The notes under the pieces are model-generated. The model had not been told where the DNA came from and did no database searches. It saw only the letters and a list, made by a program, of their open reading frames with translations. Below, piece after piece: positions 50,037 to 58,110 of a DNA stretch of 64,000 bases (positions are counted from its first letter, which is position 1; every line of letters starts with the position of its first letter). The stretch covers positions 47,332 to 111,331 of the IMG/VR virus record IMGVR_UViG_2767802067_000002. One strand, given 5' to 3'. Made by a program: the position numbers and the translations under genes. The DNA comes from a virus. Its lineage: Duplodnaviria > Caudoviricetes.

Positions 50037-51329
50037 TCATCCGGTCACCGCTGCGTCGCTGGTCCCGTACCGGCAGCGCTGGCAGCAGTAGTCGTGCTCG
50101 TCGGCGGGCCGGTAGGTGCCGCCGCAGCCGACGCACGTCTGCTCGCCCTCGGCCAGGCCGCCCGCGAGCAGGCCGAGCAGCGGCCTCTGCCCAGGCACCT
50201 GGCCCTTCGCCGGCCGGGCCGGACGGCCCTCGCCGCGCACCGACGTCAGGGCGGGCCGCTGGGCGTCGTCCTGGGGCTCCCAGCCGGGGTACTCGTCGGG
50301 CTCGATGAGCTCGCCGGACGGGCCCCACAGCGGCAGGTCGGCTTCCGGATCCACCGGGGTGGCCGGAGCGGCCGGAGCAGGGGCGGCCGGGGCCGAGGCG
50401 GGCTTGTCGCCGCCCAGCACCAACGCCGCGCTCTCGTTGTCCCGGCGCAGTTGCTCGGCCCGCCGCCGTTCCTGCTCGGCCCGGCTCTCGGCCTCGCGTT
50501 CGTCCCGGAGGCACCCGCCGCAGCGGTCACGGTCCGCCCGGACGATCCGGCCCTTGCCGCAGGCGCAGACCCGCACGGCCGTCGCCTGCTCGGCCGGGGC
50601 CGCGCCAGCGGCTCCCGTGCCGAGCCCACCCGCCACCGGCTCGTTCTTCCGCTGACGAGAGATCAAATCGGTTTGGCCGTGAGCCTCGCTCGCGCGGAGG
50701 GGTTGCTGACCAACTACATCAGCCATCTCCCTGTTGTTCTCCTGGGAACCCCCTGTGTTGTTCGGACCACCGTGGTCCGAACCGGTCGTGCCACTGTGGT
50801 CCGAACTCGGTCGTGCCACTGTGGTCCGAACTTCTTCCGGGGTTCCCTGCGGAAGTTCAGGCCACTGTGGTCCGAACTCCGAGTTCGAGCCACTGTGGTC
50901 CGAACTTCCCGCCGGGGCATCGCCTTCGTCGTCCTTCGGCGTGCGAGCGGTCCCCTTGAGGTAGACCAGCGCGGCCTCCCAGTTCGGGAAGGGGCACAGC
51001 ACGAGCATGTAGAGCGTCGACTTGCCCCGCTTGCTCTCACCGATGACCACGACGATCCCGGCCAGCACGCCGGCCTGGAGCATCCGGCGCATGTCCGGCT
51101 CGCGGAGCCCGCACCACTTCGCCATGTCCTGGATGCGGTACGCCTTGCCGTCCCGGTGGCGCAGCTCGCCGCTCTTGTGCGCCACGGCGCGGAGCTGGGC
51201 CATCACCCCCGCGAACTTGTACTTCTTCAAGGCAGCGGGCATCGCGGGAGTCCAGTGCTGCAACAGCCTCAGGCCGAAGGTGTGCACGGGGCACCCGTCC
51301 TTCTGCTGCTGATCTGCATTGGTGCTCAA
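50037..51329 (-). CDS. phage replication initiator (N-terminal winged helix, internal iterons); start uncertain
   Basis: YRIQDMAKWCGLREPDMRRMLQAGVLAG..GKSTLY; repeated SDHSG peptide encoded by the iterons; TTG with GAGGA RBS. Confidence 0.72.
   Translation of the reverse strand: MSTNADQQQKDGCPVHTFGLRLLQHWTPAMPAALKKYKFAGVMAQLRAVAHKSGELRHRDGKAYRIQDMAKWCGLREPDMRRMLQAGVLAGIVVVIGESKRGKSTLYMLVLCPFPNWEAALVYLKGTARTPKDDEGDAPAGSSDHSGSNSEFGPQWPELPQGTPEEVRTTVARPSSDHSGTTGSDHGGPNNTGGSQENNREMADVVGQQPLRASEAHGQTDLISRQRKNEPVAGGLGTGAAGAAPAEQATAVRVCACGKGRIVRADRDRCGGCLRDEREAESRAEQERRRAEQLRRDNESAALVLGGDKPASAPAAPAPAAPATPVDPEADLPLWGPSGELIEPDEYPGWEPQDDAQRPALTSVRGEGRPARPAKGQVPGQRPLLGLLAGGLAEGEQTCVGCGGTYRPADEHDYCCQRCRYGTSDAAVTG
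50761..50905. repeat. putative replication origin: five CCAC(T/C)GTGGTCCGAAC iterons, the first in a palindrome
   Basis: Copies near 50767, 50791, 50816, 50862, 50890; palindrome TTCGGACCAC-C-GTGGTCCGAA at 50761-50781. Confidence 0.85.
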
Positions 51330-51376
51330 GGGGTCGATTCCTCTGCTTGGGCTGGGCGGTGGGCAGTAGGGCGGGG

Positions 51377-51883
51377 TCACTCGCCGGGGAGCCTCGCGGG
51401 CGGCGGCGGGGCCGGCCTGGGGAAGCTCCCCGGTGCCGCCAGCAGTTCCGCGAGGGCCGCCACGAATCCCGGGTCCGCCTGAGCGTGGATCAGCTCAGCG
51501 GCGTCCCTGACGTCTCCATGCAGCGGAAGGCGCACGTACGCCGGGCCCCGGACGCTCTGCGTGTTGAAGCGGGGGCGCTCGTTCCGCAGGGCGGTCCGCT
51601 CCGGTTCCACCGCCGAGCCGTACGCCCCGTAGAAGGACAGGGCGATGTACTCCGCCAGCGACCACCACTTCGAATCGCGCCGGTGGGCCTTGAGGCGGGT
51701 CGACACCGTGGAGGTCTGGCCGATGTAGAGGGCCTGGCGGCTGGCGTCGTACACGCGGTAGAGCACCGCTGCGCACTGGGCGCCGTCAGGGATGTGCAGC
51801 GAGGCCACCGGGTCCTCGCGGTCCAGCCGTTGGAGCGGCATGTGCACCGGCATCCAGGCAGGCGTATCCGCGTTCTCGATCAT
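51377..51883 (-). CDS. GIY-YIG domain protein (168 aa)
   Basis: VLYRVYDASRQALYIGQT...RLKAH...ERPRFN; TACAAT -10 lies 6 nt before ATG. Confidence 0.8.
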   Translation of the reverse strand: MIENADTPAWMPVHMPLQRLDREDPVASLHIPDGAQCAAVLYRVYDASRQALYIGQTSTVSTRLKAHRRDSKWWSLAEYIALSFYGAYGSAVEPERTALRNERPRFNTQSVRGPAYVRLPLHGDVRDAAELIHAQADPGFVAALAELLAAPGSFPRPAPPPPARLPGE

Positions 51884-51961
51884 GCTCGAATTGTACAACA
51901 CGACGCATACGCAAGTACGACGGACATTCACGTCCGCCGGGCAGGCATGTACGCTTGCGTT

Positions 51962-52162
51962 ATGAGTCAGTCGCAGGAAGACCGCATGGGCGTATCCGAC
52001 GCCCGCGCCAACCTCACCGAGGTCATCGCCAAGGCACGGCTGCTGGACCAGCGCATCGTGCTCACCCGCCGGGACAAGCCCCAGGCCGTCCTCGTGTCCC
52101 CCGAGTTCTACGAGCGCGCCTTGGCGGCCCTCGGTGAGAAGCCCGAGGGCCAGGCCGACTGA
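51962..52162 (+). CDS. Phd/YefM-family antitoxin-like protein (66 aa)
   Basis: MGVSDARANLTEVI...LTRRDKPQAVLVS; TACGCT -10 lies 6 nt before ATG. Confidence 0.88.
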   Translation: MSQSQEDRMGVSDARANLTEVIAKARLLDQRIVLTRRDKPQAVLVSPEFYERALAALGEKPEGQAD

Positions 52163-52221
52163 CTCTCCGCACGCCACAGGCCGCCCCCAGCGAGGGCGGC
52201 CGTTTCGGCATGTCCTGGTGC

Positions 52222-52692
52222 TCACCGGCGGTTGAGCTGGCGCGGGATGCCCATGCCCTCGCGGCGCGCCGCGACCTCCAGGGCCGCCCACCGGCGGTCG
52301 AGCTGGCGGCGCTCCTTGGGCGTGAGCCGCACCGCCCGGTCGATGACCTGGACGACGACGGCCGCCGAGCAGATGAAGGTGTCGAAGGCGTCCTCGGTGC
52401 TGCGCACCACCTCGCCCTCGGGCTCGACCCGGTACAGGTCGCCGAGCCACCGCATCGAGGCGTAGTAGCGGGCGTACAGCTTGTCCGTGCTGATGTAGAC
52501 CTTGTCGGGCTGGCCGGTCGGCGGTTCGCTGAGTCGACCGTCGGGCAGCCGGATCTGCACGCCGGCGGCGCGGGCCTTGCACTCCGGGCAGTTCGGGTGC
52601 GCGATCAGGGGCGGCTTGGGCACGAGCCGGTCGCCGACCTGGAGGCCGGCCGCCCCGCCGTGGAAGTAGCGGGTGCGGGTGTCGTTCGTCAT
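52222..52692 (-). CDS. Arr-like ADP-ribosyltransferase fold protein
   Basis: YFHGGAAGLQVGDRL...VYISTD..YA..YA...LYRVEPEG...D. Confidence 0.7.
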   Translation of the reverse strand: MTNDTRTRYFHGGAAGLQVGDRLVPKPPLIAHPNCPECKARAAGVQIRLPDGRLSEPPTGQPDKVYISTDKLYARYYASMRWLGDLYRVEPEGEVVRSTEDAFDTFICSAAVVVQVIDRAVRLTPKERRQLDRRWAALEVAARREGMGIPRQLNRR

Positions 52693-52790
52693 CAGGGCTC
52701 CGGAACTGGCGGGGCCCGGGCACCACGGCGGTGCCCGGGACGGGGACTTCGGGGAGGGCCGGACGGCCGGGAGCCGGCCGCCCGGCCGGG

Positions 52791-53036
52791 CTACTCCGCG
52801 GCCGGGCGCTTCTCGTGCGACCCGCGCGCACCGCCGCGGTTGCGGAAGGTGACCTTCATGTCCCCGAGGAGGCGGTGCATCGCGCCATAGGACAGGTCGT
52901 AGGTCTCCGCGAGGGACCGGATCGACGCGCCGCCGTCGTACGACTTCGCGGCGGCCTTGCCGACCTTCTCGCGCTTCTCGCCGGTCAGCCGGTTGTACTT
53001 CTTCGGCCCGGGACGGGCGACGCCAGCGTTCGACAT
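52791..53036 (-). CDS. small HTH DNA-binding protein (81 aa)
   Basis: YDGGASIRSLAETYDLSYGAMHRLL...RNRGG. Confidence 0.85.
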   Translation of the reverse strand: MSNAGVARPGPKKYNRLTGEKREKVGKAAAKSYDGGASIRSLAETYDLSYGAMHRLLGDMKVTFRNRGGARGSHEKRPAAE

Positions 53037-53145
53037 GGGTGGTGTCCTCTTCTCTTCTACTGGGGAGGCCGGCCCGCCGGGGGGCGGGACGACCACGGGT
53101 GCGTGTTCCAGCCCCGACCCGGGCCGGACTTCCAGGTAGGGGCGC

Positions 53146-53322
53146 TCACCGGGCCGCCGGGCCGGGCAGCCGGTCCAGGGCGTCGCCGAGCTCGTCCGCG
53201 ATGCCGCGGCGGCGGTCGGCGAGCTCCGGCGCGTCCGGCTCGACCACCGCGGCGCCCAGCAGCAGGCAGTCGACGATCTCGACCACCTCCGCCACACCGA
53301 GGCCCTTCACGGTCGCGGCCAT
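53146..53322 (-). CDS. hypothetical protein (58 aa)
   Basis: MAATVKGLGVAE by hand translation; GAGGAG RBS. Confidence 0.55.
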   Translation of the reverse strand: MAATVKGLGVAEVVEIVDCLLLGAAVVEPDAPELADRRRGIADELGDALDRLPGPAAR

Positions 53323-53334
53323 CTCGGCTTCTCC

Positions 53335-53574
53335 TCACATCTCGTCGGGTAGGGCTGTCCTCGAGTACGCGGCGACCTGCGCCGCGACGTTCTTCGCGGC
53401 GGCCCGCTCGGCGCACACCTTGTGAGCCGGCCGCCGTTCCTCGTCCCGCAGGTGGGTCAGGTCCCCGCAGTACCGGCAGGGCGCGACGCGGTCCGACCAG
53501 TGCCGCGCGGCCCGCCAGTCCAGGAGCACGGACTGGGCGGGCGGCTCAGGCGGCCGCCGCCGTGGCGAGGGCAC
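53335..53574 (-). CDS. small Zn-binding protein (79 aa)
   Basis: LLDW...PCRYCG..T.LRD...AHKVCAE. Confidence 0.7.
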   Translation of the reverse strand: MPSPRRRPPEPPAQSVLLDWRAARHWSDRVAPCRYCGDLTHLRDEERRPAHKVCAERAAAKNVAAQVAAYSRTALPDEM

Positions 53575-53959
53575 GCGCCCCCTCCTCGTCGTCGTCGCCG
53601 TCGGCCTGGTCCTCGCCGTCGTCCTGCTCGGCCTCCTCGGTGACCGGCGGGATGTACGGGCGGCCGTCCGCCACCGCGGCGGCCCACTGGGCGGCGTCCG
53701 GGCGGCGCTTCACGAGCGCGCGCCGCTCCGGCTCGGACATGCCGCCCCACACCCCGTGCCGCTCGCCCCGCTCCAGGGCGCCGGCGAGGCAGCGCAGCGA
53801 CACCGGGCACACGCTGCACTCGGCCTTGGCCTCCTGGATGTCGGCCGCCGTATCGCCGAAGAACAGGTCGGGGTACTCGGAGTCCCGGCACACCGCCTTC
53901 TCCGACCAGTGCGCGGGCCGCGGCAGGTTGTCCGGCGCGTACTTGTTCCGCCTCGACAT
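53546..53959 (-). CDS. WhiB-family transcription factor
   Basis: C..DLFF..AKAECSVCPVSLRC..GVWGGMSEPER; GGAGG RBS. Confidence 0.93.
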   Translation of the reverse strand: MSRRNKYAPDNLPRPAHWSEKAVCRDSEYPDLFFGDTAADIQEAKAECSVCPVSLRCLAGALERGERHGVWGGMSEPERRALVKRRPDAAQWAAAVADGRPYIPPVTEEAEQDDGEDQADGDDDEEGARALATAAAA

Positions 53960-54270
53960 CAGGACACCTCCCCGCCGTGTCCGGACACCGGCCCACGGCC
54001 GTGTCCGGACACGCCCCGGACAGTGTCCGTGCAGGTCATCGGGTACTCGGCGGACGGCATCCGCCGCCTGTCCGGACATCCGCGCGCGCTGCGGACACGC
54101 CTGTCCGGACACCTTGCGTACGTCCGGACATCGCTGTCCGGACGTGTCCGGGCCGGTGTCCGGACCGTCCGGACGATCAGCAGCACGCTGACGACGACGG
54201 CGACCGGCGCCCACCACGGCCAGATCGCGACGGCCGAGATCCCGACGAAGACCAGGTCGATCAGCCGCAC
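53959..54270 (-). CDS. small membrane protein whose tail is encoded by a TGTCC/GGACA cluster
   Basis: Hydrophobic N-terminus; TGATG coupling to whiB. Confidence 0.5.
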   Translation of the reverse strand: MRLIDLVFVGISAVAIWPWWAPVAVVVSVLLIVRTVRTPARTRPDSDVRTYARCPDRRVRSARGCPDRRRMPSAEYPMTCTDTVRGVSGHGRGPVSGHGGEVS

Positions 54271-54533
54271 GACGTCACCCCCGCCTGCTGCTCCTCCGCT
54301 TGCAGCCACCAGCGCGTCACCGTCCGGTCCGCGACGCCGATCCGCTCGGCGATCGCCGGCCCGGGCACGCCCGTCCGCGCCGCCTCCACCACGGCGTACC
54401 GCTGCTCCTCCTCGGACAACTCCGGGCACGGGCCGCGCATCGACAGCGCCCGCCGCACCGCGACCAGGTCGACGCCCCGGTGCCACGTCGCCCCCTCCGG
54501 GACCTCCCACCACATCGGCCGGCTGGCGCTCAC
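54261..54533 (-). CDS. small HTH protein (90 aa)
   Basis: VDLVAVRRAL...AIAERIGVADRTVTRW. Confidence 0.75.
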   Translation of the reverse strand: MSASRPMWWEVPEGATWHRGVDLVAVRRALSMRGPCPELSEEEQRYAVVEAARTGVPGPAIAERIGVADRTVTRWWLQAEEQQAGVTSCG

Positions 54534-55123
54534 TGGCACACCCCGCCCGGCGTCAGCCGCCACAGGCGGATCGTGCAGCCTGCGGTGTCCAGCACCCCGG
54601 GGACCGCCGGGTGGTCGGTGACGTACCGCTTCTCCAGCCGCACGTAGCCGACCAGCAGCGCGTCGTCCCGGTACACCTGAGCCGTCGTCAGCGCGTCCTC
54701 CGTGCTCCGCGCCAGCTTGCTGAGGTCAGGGGTGACGTCCGGCATGAGCGGCGCCGACGGGCGCAGCAGCTCCGAGTTCCGGCCGGTGCCGTAGTGCCCG
54801 CGCGGCCTCGGGAAGCTGAACACCATCTCGGCCAGCAGCGGCCCGGACAGCGTCACCAGGCCCGCCCGCCGCCGGGCGGCCGACGCCGTCCACGCCACCG
54901 CGTCCCGCCACGGCTTGACCTTTGCCGACGACTCGATCATCCGGCCGCCGCCCTTGTGCGTCTTCGAGCCCTGCGGCCCCGGCAGGCCGACCACGGCCAC
55001 CTCGAAGACCGGCGCCCACGGCGGCGGCGTCGGCGCCCACAGCGCCGTCGGCGCGACCGGCGCGGCGGCCTCCTCCGTCGGCTGCCCGGTCACGTCGAAC
55101 ATCGGGATCGTGTCGATGCTCAC
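54530..55123 (-). CDS. rusA: RusA-family Holliday junction resolvase
   Basis: GLPGPQGSK...KPWR...FxFPRP..PDLSKLARSTEDALT...YRDDA. Confidence 0.9.
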   Translation of the reverse strand: MSIDTIPMFDVTGQPTEEAAAPVAPTALWAPTPPPWAPVFEVAVVGLPGPQGSKTHKGGGRMIESSAKVKPWRDAVAWTASAARRRAGLVTLSGPLLAEMVFSFPRPRGHYGTGRNSELLRPSAPLMPDVTPDLSKLARSTEDALTTAQVYRDDALLVGYVRLEKRYVTDHPAVPGVLDTAGCTIRLWRLTPGGVCQ

Positions 55124-56013
55124 CGGCCGCCCTCCTCGCCGATCGCGGCCTGCGGGGCCTCCGCCAGCGGCATCACGGCCGCCGTCTCGGTGAGCGCCTG
55201 GCCGTCGCCGGCCGGGGGAACCACCGCCACCGGGATGACCGCCGCCGGGATCCCGCCGAGCACCTCCACCACGGGCAGGACCGCCGTCGGGGCCTCCGAC
55301 GCCGGGACCGGGGACAGGGCGTCGTCCACACGCCCGGTGCCCTTCTCGGCGACGACCGGCGGGGGGAGCAGCCGAATTCCCGTCAGGACGACGTCCTCCA
55401 CCGAGCCCGGCAAGTTCGTCATCACCGCCAGCGGCCGACCGACCAGCTCCTCCGCCGTCAGCTCCGTTGCCACGAGGAGCTGGTCGAGCAGCACCGTCAC
55501 CAGCTCCGGGCCGATCGCGTACACCATCACCTCGGCCGTGCGGGTCGTCGAGTCGACCGCGACGACCGACGCCGCCGACTCGACCCGCTCCTCCTCCAGC
55601 GCCCGCAGGTAGACCGCGCCGAGCTCGGTCAGCTCCGGGTGCGACCCGACCATGCCGACGAACCGGCGGGCGGCCAGCGCGAACACCTGCTCCTGCGACT
55701 CGACCGGGTCGCCGAGGTCAGCGACCAGGCGCAGCACCTCGACCTGGTCGTCCGGGAGCCGACGCTCCTCGTCCAGGGCGAGCTGCGTCACCCGCAGCCG
55801 CCCGGCCCGCCACGCCGCGGTGCCCGGCGTCTCCTCGCTGCTGCACGGGCACCCGGCGACCGTGGCCCGGGTCTCCGGGGCGGCAGTGCACCCCAGGCAC
55901 TCCAGGATGGTCGTCGCGCCCCGCGCGCACAGGGCCTCGGTGCAGCACTCGCAGTGCTCGCACTCCTTCCGCGCGGGCCGAACGTACTCAGGACCGAACG
56001 TCTCCACGCTCAT
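55120..56013 (-). CDS. hypothetical protein with Cys-rich N-terminus (297 aa)
   Basis: CEHCECCTEALC...GCPCS; ATGA coupling. Confidence 0.75.
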   Translation of the reverse strand: MSVETFGPEYVRPARKECEHCECCTEALCARGATTILECLGCTAAPETRATVAGCPCSSEETPGTAAWRAGRLRVTQLALDEERRLPDDQVEVLRLVADLGDPVESQEQVFALAARRFVGMVGSHPELTELGAVYLRALEEERVESAASVVAVDSTTRTAEVMVYAIGPELVTVLLDQLLVATELTAEELVGRPLAVMTNLPGSVEDVVLTGIRLLPPPVVAEKGTGRVDDALSPVPASEAPTAVLPVVEVLGGIPAAVIPVAVVPPAGDGQALTETAAVMPLAEAPQAAIGEEGGR

Positions 56014-56294
56014 CGCGCGCCTCCAGGGGTAGTGGTGTGCCCGCAGTCCCAGCAGCGCCGGGAGCCGTCCAGGCTCACCGCGTGCGCGGTCCGGCGCCCC
56101 TCGCGCGGGCAGTCGAAGAAGTCGGCCAGTTCGAGTTCGGCCTCCGGCAGCACCAGCACGCGGCCTCGCGCCCGCACCGGCACCGGCGCCATCCGCATCG
56201 CCCGGCGGGCAGGCAGCACCAGGACAGCCAGCAGGAACAGCACCGCGCCGACCGTCACCATCCCGACGACGGCGAACGCCCCGGTGGCCGTCAT
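56010..56294 (-). CDS. small TM plus Zn-ribbon protein (94 aa)
   Basis: CPRE...H...CWDCG. Confidence 0.68.
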   Translation of the reverse strand: MTATGAFAVVGMVTVGAVLFLLAVLVLPARRAMRMAPVPVRARGRVLVLPEAELELADFFDCPREGRRTAHAVSLDGSRRCWDCGHTTTPGGAR

Positions 56295-57037
56295 GCCGCC
56301 ACCCCCGCCGGGATCAGCGGCCACTCGGTGCGCACCGTGTCCGCCCGCCGACCGTCACCGTCCTGGCGCCGGAAGTACGACGCCAGGGACAGCGCCTGGG
56401 ACCGCGCCCACCCGACCTGCATCTCGTGCAGCCGGTCCGGCTCGATCCGACCCAGCCACTGGTGCCGGTGGGCGAGTTGCAGCGTCACCTCGACCGCGGC
56501 CAGGGCGTCGGCGTCCGCGTGGTGCGCGCCGTGGTGCTGCACCTCGTAGTGGCGGCACAGCATGCCCAGCGTGCGGGGGCCCGTCCGGTACGGGTCGACC
56601 TGCTTGTCCAGGACCCGCAGGTCCAGGATCAGCGGCCGGTACTCCCGCTCCGACAGCGGCACAACGCCGTGCCGCCGGGCCTCCCGGTCCAGCAGCGACA
56701 GGTCGAACGGCGCGTTCATCGCCACCAGCGGCCGGCCGTCCTGCGCGCACTCGGCCAGCGCGGTGACGATCTCCTCCACGACCCGGGCGGCCGGATCGCC
56801 GGACTCCCGCGCGACCTCCGTCCGGATGCCGTGGATCGCCGATGCCTGCTCCGGGATCACCGCCCCGTCCAGGTCCGACAGCCAGGTGCGCGTCCTCACC
56901 GGCCCGCCCCCGCCGAGGTGCAGCACGCACCCCGTCACGATCCGGTCCGTCTCCACGTCCACGCCGGTGCTCTCCAAGTCGAAACCAGCGAGCGGGCCGT
57001 TCGGCCATGGCCCCGGCGACTGCTTCTTCGTGGGCAA
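56291..57037 (-). CDS. DnaQ-like DEDDh 3'-5' exonuclease
   Basis: FDLESTG, NAPFD, AHHADADA. Confidence 0.92.
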   Translation of the reverse strand: MPTKKQSPGPWPNGPLAGFDLESTGVDVETDRIVTGCVLHLGGGGPVRTRTWLSDLDGAVIPEQASAIHGIRTEVARESGDPAARVVEEIVTALAECAQDGRPLVAMNAPFDLSLLDREARRHGVVPLSEREYRPLILDLRVLDKQVDPYRTGPRTLGMLCRHYEVQHHGAHHADADALAAVEVTLQLAHRHQWLGRIEPDRLHEMQVGWARSQALSLASYFRRQDGDGRRADTVRTEWPLIPAGVAA

Positions 57038-57115
57038 CTCGTTCTCCTCCTCACGGTTGACGCCCGAGCCCCGGGCCCGACGAGCGGGCCCGGGGCAGGC
57101 AGGGAAGGGGCTGGG

Positions 57116-58108
57116 TCAGCGGCGTGCGGGCTTCCGGCCGCCGCGCGGCCTCTTGGGCTTCGAGCGGCCCGGCTTCTTCGCCACCCACGGCGTCACCGGC
57201 ACTGCCGGGACGTCCTGACCGGCCTCCGCCGCCGCGGCGGCCTGCTCGGCCTCGGCGACGAGCACCTGGTCCGCCCCGGTCGGCGCGTGGAGGATCTGCA
57301 CCTGCCCGGCGTCACCGGCGTCCTCCGCCGCGGTGAGCATCCGCAGCTCCGGGCTGGTCGGCACGACCTTCGCCAGGCGGCGCAGCGCCGTCTTCGCCCA
57401 CATGTCGTCGAAGTGCGTGTGCCAGAAGCTGTCCTTCGCGCCGTTCTCCTCGGCCCGCCGGTACGCCTCGCTGTACTCGTCGCGGACCGCCTCGGCCTCC
57501 TCGCGGTTCAGCACGACGACCTGCGACCGGGAGCCGTTGAGCATCCACGCGAAGGCGTAGGCCAGGACGACCGGGCCGCGCTTCGCCAGCGGCTCCTTGA
57601 CCTCGGGCTTGTGCACCAGGTCGAGCGGGGACGGGGCGGTCGGCTCGAAGGCGAACTCGTCGTGCTCCCGCACGAACCCGACGTGCACCGACCCGACCCG
57701 GCCCGAGCGGTACATCAGGTCGATGTAGCCGCGGTACATCGGCACCCACACCGCCAACGGGCCGTCCGCCTTGAGCACCGAGTGCACGCCGTCCGGCACC
57801 AGGCCGAACTGAGCGGCCGTCAGCACCGACTGGAGCAGCGACGCCGGCGTGCACCGGGCCAGCCCCGGCAGCGCCGCCTTCACCGCCGCCAGGAACACGG
57901 CGGGCTCGATGCAGTCCGGCAGGGCCGCGGTGATGTCCTTGCGGTACCGCTCCAGCCAGCCCATCACCACGTCGGCGGCCTGGCCGCCGTCGGCCTGCTG
58001 CGCGGCGTGCAGCTCCTCCGCCGTGGCGCCCTCCACGACCTCGACCACGGGGGCCGGGACGGTGGGCGCGGTGGCCGCCTTCACGCGGTCCTTGAGGGAC
58101 AGAGCCAT
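57116..58108 (-). CDS. recT: RecT-family recombinase
   Basis: CTPASLL..AAQFGLVP..YRGYIDLMYRSG..W.THFDDMWAKTALRRLAK..P. Confidence 0.9.
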   Translation of the reverse strand: MALSLKDRVKAATAPTVPAPVVEVVEGATAEELHAAQQADGGQAADVVMGWLERYRKDITAALPDCIEPAVFLAAVKAALPGLARCTPASLLQSVLTAAQFGLVPDGVHSVLKADGPLAVWVPMYRGYIDLMYRSGRVGSVHVGFVREHDEFAFEPTAPSPLDLVHKPEVKEPLAKRGPVVLAYAFAWMLNGSRSQVVVLNREEAEAVRDEYSEAYRRAEENGAKDSFWHTHFDDMWAKTALRRLAKVVPTSPELRMLTAAEDAGDAGQVQILHAPTGADQVLVAEAEQAAAAAEAGQDVPAVPVTPWVAKKPGRSKPKRPRGGRKPARR

Positions 58109-58110
58109 CG

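Noticed and set aside
52222-52692. Calling this a rifampicin-resistance arr gene
   Set aside because: Only core fold motifs match. I did not see the Arr-specific C-terminal NxTDKKFPGNPT-like segment.
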